A stretch of 64,000 nucleotides of DNA from a virus. Its lineage: Duplodnaviria > Caudoviricetes. Positions 57,229 through 64,000 of the stretch are shown here, piece after piece (the stretch's first letter is position 1; each line of letters opens with the position of its first letter). A program made the position numbers and the translations under genes. Where the stretch lies: IMG/VR virus record IMGVR_UViG_3300013121_000026, positions 64,001 through 128,000 of that record. The stretch is one strand, 5' to 3'. The notes below the pieces were generated by a model. That model searched no databases. It saw only the letters and a program-made list of their open reading frames with translations, and was not told where the DNA came from.

Positions 57229-58104
57229 ATGTATAAAATTTACAAACTAACATCGCCCTCAGGAAATTCGTACATAGGACAAACAAAACAAAAATCTATT
57301 CATATTAGATTTAAACAGCATATTGGTTGTTGGCGAAAATGGATTAAAAATAACCGACCCAGAAAAGCATATGACACAAAATTATTTTATGCTTTCGATA
57401 CTTACTTGCCTGAACAATGGACTTGTGAACAAATCGATCAATCAGATACACAAAATGAAATTAATGAACTTGAAATAAAATATATAGAACAGCTTGGATA
57501 TTATAATCTTCAAAAAGGTGGTCAGGGCTGGAAAAACTCAACACTTCAATCGGAACACAAAAAGAAAATGTCCGAAGCAAGAAAAGCATATTTTCAAACA
57601 CCAGAGGGTATTGAATGGAAAAAACAACTTAGTAAAAAATTTCAAAAAGATAATCCATGCAAAAAAGGAAATATTCCGTGGAATAAAAACAAAAAAGGTT
57701 TGTACACCGAGGAACATTTACAAAAAATTAGTGCATCATCTAAGAAAACATGGAGTAATGAACAACTAAGAAACGATGCAAAAGAAAGAATGAAACAAAT
57801 GTGGAAAGATGGCGCTTTTGATAATAGACCATTACCAACACAAGAATCTATCGAAAAAAGACGTATTAAATCTTTAGGAAGAAAACAAACAGATGAAGAG
57901 AAGAGAAAAAAGAGTGAAGCATTAGCTGGAACATGGGAAGTAACAAAACCAAATGGTGAAAAAATTATTGTAAAAGGAATTAGAAAATTTTGTCAGCAGA
58001 ATGAAATTTCTCTCAATCGTAGGAATGGATATATAGGAAATAAACTTGGTTGGAGAGCAGTTTGTATTAAAAGTAAACGTTCAATTGTTAGCCATTTGGG
58101 CTAA
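57229..58104 (+). mobile_element. Free-standing GIY-YIG homing endonuclease
   Basis: KIYKLTSPSG.SYIGQT, R...H, E..YI, GYYN...GG, NUMOD3-like repeats. Confidence 0.85.
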
Positions 58105-58121
58105 TAAACAAACTATCCAAA

Positions 58122-59627
58122 TTAAGAATTAATAGGGCACTTCGGTGCCCTATTTTTTATCATTGCAATAGTACCACAATCCCATATTCTTTCATAGCCT
58201 CGTTCCTTCATAATTTCCCATTCAGGACGAGGATCACCAGGGGCAATTCTCTTTTTAACAAATCCTTGGCGATGTAATCTTTGAACGCTTTTGTTTAAAT
58301 TAACATACGAGTATGAAGGTGGATTATATTTTAATATCTCAAACCCATTATGATTATAAACATTACCATCAGACCTAGTTCTATCCGCATAAGAAATAAT
58401 ACTACCGGTATGTTCTTTTTCAAATGCACTTAGTAGTCTACTAAATCCACCACGAATATTGGTGTTAATCCTAGAACAAAATCTAACTAATTCCCAATCA
58501 TAGTTTTTATTATACCTGGATTTAGCAAAGGTCATGACTGCCACCACTTGTTGATCTAACAATAGTCCGTAATTAATTTGACTCATATCTTTGCCCTGAA
58601 TGTGATTATTGTTCAGGAAGTTATTTTTGGTATTCTTGTCTAGTGTAACAATTCTACAGTCTCTGGCGTTATAGTGCTGGGGTATTTTGTTTATCTTGTA
58701 CAGCAACATCGATTTCCAAATGTCTTTTTTATGTATCCAGTCATCACTAAAAATATGCAACAGTTGATAACCTTGGTTTTGACATTCTAGTGTTTTGTTT
58801 AGGTGATAATTGCGATCTTTACGAAGACTTTCATTTTGATGTTCTTCACGAAAAATATGGCTATATACGCCGTTGTATTCAATTGCTAAATTAAACTGAG
58901 GGATAACGATATCCAATTCTTTTCCATTTAGGATTGTTCTATCATTAATCTTTACTTCTACATACTGTTGAAGAAAATCTATTACTTCCTGACATTCCTT
59001 TGAAACAATAATTTTTTGTCTAGGATAGATGTTTGGATTATTAGCAATGATCTGATGATATTGTAACCATCTGCTTAGTGTAGCTTTGTTTGATTTAATT
59101 TCAGCACTAATGTCATCCAACGTTCTTTTGTTATTAATGTGTTGTTCTGTTAGCCATTGTTTGTTTCTAAGAAATGAGGTAGTCAAGGCATTAGATTCGT
59201 TGTATTTAACCATTGGAATATTAAATTGTTTGCAGGCTCTTTTGATTGGGATTTCTGATGTTCCAATCAGCTTGCCTATATCTTCATAAGCAAGCATTTC
59301 AACAATTCTCTTTTGATACAGCCAATCTTTATCAATTGGTATAATTTTTGATTTTCTAGCGCATTTTGAGGAACAATGATTTCGAAAGAAATTGGGATCA
59401 TTTTTCCTTTTGGTCTTATTCCAAGTAACATAATTACCACAATGACATTTGGGAAAGGTTTTAGAAGTATAGTTCTCTTTGAGTGCTATTAACCGTATTT
59501 TAATTGGTGTGTCAGCAGGCAACCAAGAAGTTTTTTCAATAACAAAGGATCGATTGCTTTTGTTTTTAGCAAAAGAAATGACGAAGTTTTTATCATTGAT
59601 TTTCTGAAATACTTCTTCTAAATTCAT
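58122..59627 (-). mobile_element. Hef-like homing endonuclease (Vsr/DUF559-like nuclease)
   Basis: ELDI..P...LAIEYNG.Y.H, K...C...G..L.HI..D.W, ARDC, H.QG, ISYAD...S.G..Y, IWDCG. Confidence 0.75.
58131..58158 (+). terminator. UUCG-tetraloop terminator
   Basis: aatagggcac TTCG gtgccctatttttt. Confidence 0.85.
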
Positions 59628-59669
59628 CTGGTCACTTTAACACAATTTTTATTAATTTCAAAGTATTTA

Positions 59670-59698
59670 TTGACTTCTTGGCTGATATTCATTATGCT
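59670..59698 (+). promoter_or_regulatory. sigma70-type promoter ahead of mini-ORF array
   Basis: TTGACT-N17-TATGCT, then AGGAG and ATG 59735. Confidence 0.6.
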
Positions 59699-59734
59699 GA
59701 TACTCATCATCATGACCTTATAGGAGTTTGTTTA

Positions 59735-60353
59735 ATGTCTCTTGAAAAAGTTCGAAATTTAATTTCTACTATAACAACTCTCCCTGTATATACCTTTGTC
59801 CTCTGGGATAAAATAGTCAAACCTGACCAAGACCGTGTTCGTCTTGAAGGTAGACACTGCAACACTATAGACATAAACATGAGCTTTATTTTATGAAACA
59901 ATACGGCGTATTTTAAGTCATAGTGATCGTTCATATATAGTTAACAGGACACCTTTAAGGTTTGAAAATTTCGATGATTTTCTTACATGAACTTTCTATT
60001 TGTGTAAAAATGGGAGTAAATTAAAGTGAGCGATTATTTATTCATGTATTTGTCTGGCAAGATTATTGGTGAAGTAAGCAAAAAAATTAATTTTAACATT
60101 CTAGTTGTAAGTCGCATGATAACCGGACATGCAATAAGAAATGCAAGTTTTGTTCATGCTGAATTAGGAGTATTAAATAGTGACCGTCTGTTCAATTCGG
60201 GGTTTATGTACTGATGCAGGAATTAGATATCTTGCATACGAAACTGAATATCAAACATTTTCAAAGATTTCAGAGAAGTATTCTTTATTTGTTCGAAATG
60301 AGTTGGGTACATTAAATAGATTTTACTTAATTCATGATTTTGAACGACAATAA
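59735..60353 (+). CDS. Mini-protein array I: 59735-59896, 60026-60214, 60180-60353, plus broken member about 59892-59990
   Basis: Ends MSFIL, SGFMY, HDFERQ, DDFLT; AGGAG before 59735 and GTG 60180. Confidence 0.55.
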
Positions 60354-60373
60354 ATACTATTAAAAGGGAAAAA

Positions 60374-60907
60374 ATGTCAGCAACAGAAAACAATCCAAGT
60401 TCAAGTAATTATTTGACTTCTAATAAGTTTAGGTTTACTCTAAAAAGAGCGCCTAACATCAACTTCTTTTTAACAAAATGCAACCTGCCTGCGGTTTCAG
60501 CAGGGACAGCAATGCAATTGACTCCATTTGTTGATATTCCATTGCCCGGTCAAGAATTTAAATATTCACCACTTGAAATAACATTTTTTGTTAATGAAGG
60601 AATGGACAACTACTTGGAAATTTTTAACTGGATGAGAGCAATAGCGGGAAGTGACAATCTTGAAGATTACGCACCTTTAAAAAATCAACCAGGATGGTCA
60701 CCATATGGGCTAGCAAGTGAAGTTGTAGTTCATATTCTTAATAGCAGCAATGTTCCTCAGGTTGAAGTTACTTTTCATGATGCATGGCCAGCGGGAATGA
60801 CAGAGGTTAATTTTGATAGTACACTGGATACAGCAAATTATGCGCAGGTTGGTGCAGCATTCATGTACCGTTCATTTGATTTCCAGATTTTGACAACTTC
60901 AAAATAA
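60374..60907 (+). CDS. 3: Tail tube terminator gp3
   Basis: N.L....F.F...R.P...FF....NLP, F.V.E.M.NY.EI.NW, F.DAWP. Confidence 0.88.
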   Translation: MSATENNPSSSNYLTSNKFRFTLKRAPNINFFLTKCNLPAVSAGTAMQLTPFVDIPLPGQEFKYSPLEITFFVNEGMDNYLEIFNWMRAIAGSDNLEDYAPLKNQPGWSPYGLASEVVVHILNSSNVPQVEVTFHDAWPAGMTEVNFDSTLDTANYAQVGAAFMYRSFDFQILTTSK

Positions 60908-60918
60908 GATTGTATAAT
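60890..60918 (+). promoter_or_regulatory. Consensus sigma70 promoter at the end of gene 3
   Basis: TTGACA-N17-TATAAT. Confidence 0.75.
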
Positions 60919-62796
60919 GGAAAAAGTTTTTAACAAAACAGAAGCCATAAAAAGTAAAACATGGAATAGTCAATTTGCTAATGCCGTTCCGTATTTGTCT
61001 AAGTTAGATATTCTGAGGTATAAATTTAATAGTTTGGAAATGTTTGATGCCAGCTTTGTATAGTATTCGATATCAACTAGGAGACACGGAATACAAAATA
61101 AACTTATTCAATGTGTTACATTGTGTTAATAACTTATATGATTACGCAGGAGTGGACGTCTTTGGGAGTGTTAGATATAACATATCTATAGAAGCTATTG
61201 AATTATCATTTGAGGGGATTTGTTGGGTTTGAGAACACTATCATATAAGAATATTACTTTAGCGCTAAGGACAGAAGCCATATCAATTGAACTTTATTAT
61301 AAAATGCGAACTGAGTGGCCGCATTTTATGCAATTGATGCCACCACCTGATTTTAGATTATTAGAGGGTGATTTTCTCTGATGTTTCGAAAGTTTCATAT
61401 AGTTAATACTAAAATTAACGACCGAGTGGTGCAAGTGTCTAACCCACGAGGAAAGTATGACTACGCAGATTACTCATATTTTATAGCAGGCAAGATATCC
61501 AACGCATTGCTTCGGGTCCAATTAAATGGTGTTAAAGGATTTATATGAACACACTTGTTGCAATTAAACCTACTACGCATCTTATAATTGCTAAAATGGG
61601 ATATTATGACCCATCTCAGATGATTTTGTTTTGGAAGTTGAATCCGGACAACCTCCATATGAGTTTTGTATGAATAATGTTCTGTTCTTGGGAAACACAA
61701 ATTATAGGATTGATGAAAATAGTTGTGTATCAATTGCTAGGCGGCAGAAACAAATTTTTAATTCTCATCGTCAGTTTGAAATGGTGTTGTTATTAATACA
61801 AAGTAATAGAATAGGATGGTCACTTAACACTAGTGATCCTCTTTTCTTAAAGGTATTTACAGATGGATTTATCGAAGACTGAATATCGTAACGTTTATGC
61901 AAGGTTAAATCGACATTTTTCGTGTATGTCGTCGATTAGACAAAAAGCAGGTCATCAGAGCATGACAACGTTGTCATATTCCAGCTATCGAGCATTATCT
62001 GCTTTAGACTTACATCCAATAAACAGCGAGATTACAAGTATTTTAAATGACATGAGATTTGTATGACATGGGTTTATGAAATGTTGAGAGATGTTGATTA
62101 TGATTTAGAGGAGCAAATTTTTGTAGGTGAATGATGATAAAATTTCATTATATAGGTCTTAAAATAATGACAGTATTGAAAGCAAAAAACATGCTTATAG
62201 ATCAAATTGACTATCAAGTTTTTTATGGTGGAGAAATTCCTAATTTCCTTAATGACTTTAGGTTTTCTTTCATATGAATATTCATCCATATGAATTAGAT
62301 GATTATGCAATGATTGCTTATCTGGAACGAGCTATGTCTAAATGTGACAGGGTAAGGTTTAATATAGTTAGGCAAATTAATTACCATAGACATAGCATTG
62401 TGTACTTGCACCACTCGGTTCATGAGGAACGAGCATTGACTCAAAGATTTGGTTTTTTAGAATAGGATTTCAAATGCTTGATATAAAAGAATTAGCAGTG
62501 GTTGAAAACACAACTCGTAATATGTGCTATAAACACATTTATGGAAATCAATTTGATCCACATATTAAAATTTTATCATTATTCTATGAAACACATCGAT
62601 TTGAAGAAACATTATGGGAAGGTTTCATATGATGGGCTATGAGTTAATTTATACGTCACCGGCATTAAAAATAGATGGTAAAACAGTGATGTGTTTTTAC
62701 CACCCTTTTATTGCAAACATTTATAATTCATTAGCTGGTAAGCATTTAAGTAATGAATTAATTAAATATGCAACATTTATGGATTTTTTAAGATGA
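60917..62796 (+). CDS. Mini-protein array II (12 ORFs): 60917-61063, 61047-61232, 61229-61381, 61381-61548, 61545-61673, 61670-61882, 61863-62066, 62063-62134, 62131-62277, 62274-62465, 62474-62632, 62629-62796
   Basis: Near gap-free tiling, mostly ATGA/TGATG overlaps; shared C-terminal x-F-[IVL]. Confidence 0.65.
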
Positions 62797-63227
62797 CGCT
62801 TGAACAAATAATTGACAACTGGAAAAAAGATTCACCAATTCGCGGGGATGAATTGGGAGAAGAAGCGGGTAATGTTGCTATTCTTCATCAACGGTATCTG
62901 GAATGGTTCACAAAAGAACGACTAACATTACGTAAACTAGAGTCGGACATGAAGAAATTAAAATTGGAAAAATGGGAACATTATATCCAGGGTCCCAGCA
63001 AAGAAACCAAAGAAAAAGGCTGGAAAATTCCAGCGAGAGGTGCAGTAATTAAGAGTGATGCTGGGTTGTATATTGATGCAGATGATGATATAAATACATT
63101 GCAACTAAAAATTGATTATCAAAAAGAGAAAGTTGATGCACTGGAAAGCATCATTAAGATGATTAATAATAGAGGATATGCTATAAAGAATATGATTGAT
63201 TATTTGCAATGGTCAGGAGCACAGTGA
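62793..63227 (+). CDS. uvsY: Recombination mediator UvsY
   Basis: W.KDS.I....L..E...LH..YL, YI.AD, I..R...IKN.I....W; follows gene 3. Confidence 0.9.
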   Translation: MTLEQIIDNWKKDSPIRGDELGEEAGNVAILHQRYLEWFTKERLTLRKLESDMKKLKLEKWEHYIQGPSKETKEKGWKIPARGAVIKSDAGLYIDADDDINTLQLKIDYQKEKVDALESIIKMINNRGYAIKNMIDYLQWSGAQ

Positions 63228-63539
63228 TGATTCCTTATAACATAAATTTCCATGTAGAGATGAAGATAGATCAAGCTCTTTTTAATCGCATTAGGTTTAA
63301 TAGGTATGTATTTGATAGATTGTGGTGTCATCTGCTACTAGATGCAGACTTTTTGAGGAATAAATGATAGAATGAGCAATAAAAGACTACAGACACAAAA
63401 CTTACATTCACAAAATTTATGGGTTACTAATGCTTATGTAGTGAATTTTGTATATGATTTTGTTCTAAAAACCTATGAGCAGGAACAACATAAGGGGTTA
63501 CTTATACCAACTTTAATTAAGAAGACAAGATTTCATTGA
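63227..63539 (+). CDS. Mini-protein array III: 63227-63367 (ends ADFLRNK), 63372-63539 (ends TRFH)
   Basis: ATG starts; first is coupled to uvsY. Confidence 0.55.
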
Positions 63540-63551
63540 TTAGAGGTTTAA

Positions 63552-63740
63552 ATGACTGAATATTGGGTAATTGGTGGTGAATTTAATTCACTAAATTTTC
63601 ATACGTTGGATCCAGATTCCAAACAGATTTTTGGTCCATTTAATACTAGAACAGAAGCCGAAGAAAAATGGCGAGAAGTATCTGAACAATTTAGATACAA
63701 GGCCACTTTCAGGTTTAGAATTGTAACAGTGGATAATTAA
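63552..63740 (+). CDS. DUF4170-like small protein
   Basis: YWVIGGEF.S..F......FGPF.....A...W......A..RF.I; SD GAGG. Confidence 0.65.
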   Translation: MTEYWVIGGEFNSLNFHTLDPDSKQIFGPFNTRTEAEEKWREVSEQFRYKATFRFRIVTVDN

Positions 63741-63907
63741 TGTATATTCATAATACTATCGTGACAGAAGCTATAGCTGATATCGAATGGCTAGCTCATT
63801 ATCATTTGTTTAAAAAAGCAAATGTTGAAATAGGTGATTGGATTAGTGTCAGTTCGTTGAATGATTCATTTGGGGTTGGGGACGGAGCACTCTTTTGGTT
63901 AGAATAG
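63740..63907 (+). CDS. 55 aa mini-protein (ends LFWLE); another ORF from TTG 63895 runs off the window
   Basis: TAATG overlap with previous gene. Confidence 0.5.
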   Translation: MYIHNTIVTEAIADIEWLAHYHLFKKANVEIGDWISVSSLNDSFGVGDGALFWLE

Positions 63908-64000
63908 GGTACACATTACGAGTTGCTGATAGGATTGAACGTTTTTTAAACAAAAGCTCTCCGAACGTGAGTAATATTGTTAATATTAAATTGCATGATG

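Noticed and set aside
849-57769. Short antisense or alternate-frame ORFs inside long genes
   Set aside because: Shadows of well-supported genes, without SD or motifs.
59735-63907. Integron, CRISPR array or DGR
   Set aside because: ORFs overlap, leaving no room for attC sites or repeats; no integrase, cas or reverse transcriptase in the window.

Overview
AT-rich 64 kb segment of a large T4-like myovirus genome (lytic, far-T4 type). A DUF4170-like gene suggests an alphaproteobacterial host. It holds the end of the replication block (gp59, gp32), an inverted block (3TM holin, tape measure/hub gp29 with two peptidoglycan-hydrolase motifs, gp51, gp26, gp54, gp2, gp4), then the virion module: gp48, 53, 27, a split gp5, 25, 6, 7, 8, VrlC-like proteins, fibre and Gly-rich proteins, lysozyme, gp13-23, gp3 and uvsY. 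T4-type late promoters (TATAAATA) recur, and five free-standing homing endonucleases are present. Most notable, and largely missed by the ORF track: (1) about 19 translationally coupled 23-70 aa mini-proteins, largely dissimilar except for a C-terminal x-F-[IVLM] motif, one of them inside a DUF6745 gene pair; (2) a ~450 nt densely base-paired intergenic RNA candidate after gene 32; (3) an ATG-less gp51 frame reachable from gp26 by a -1 slip at GAT-TTT-TTT just upstream of the tape measure gene, like lambda G/GT; (4) capsid-targeted internal-protein genes and homing endonucleases flanked by duplications of host-gene ends. All family calls are from motif recognition and synteny by eye, not database searches.
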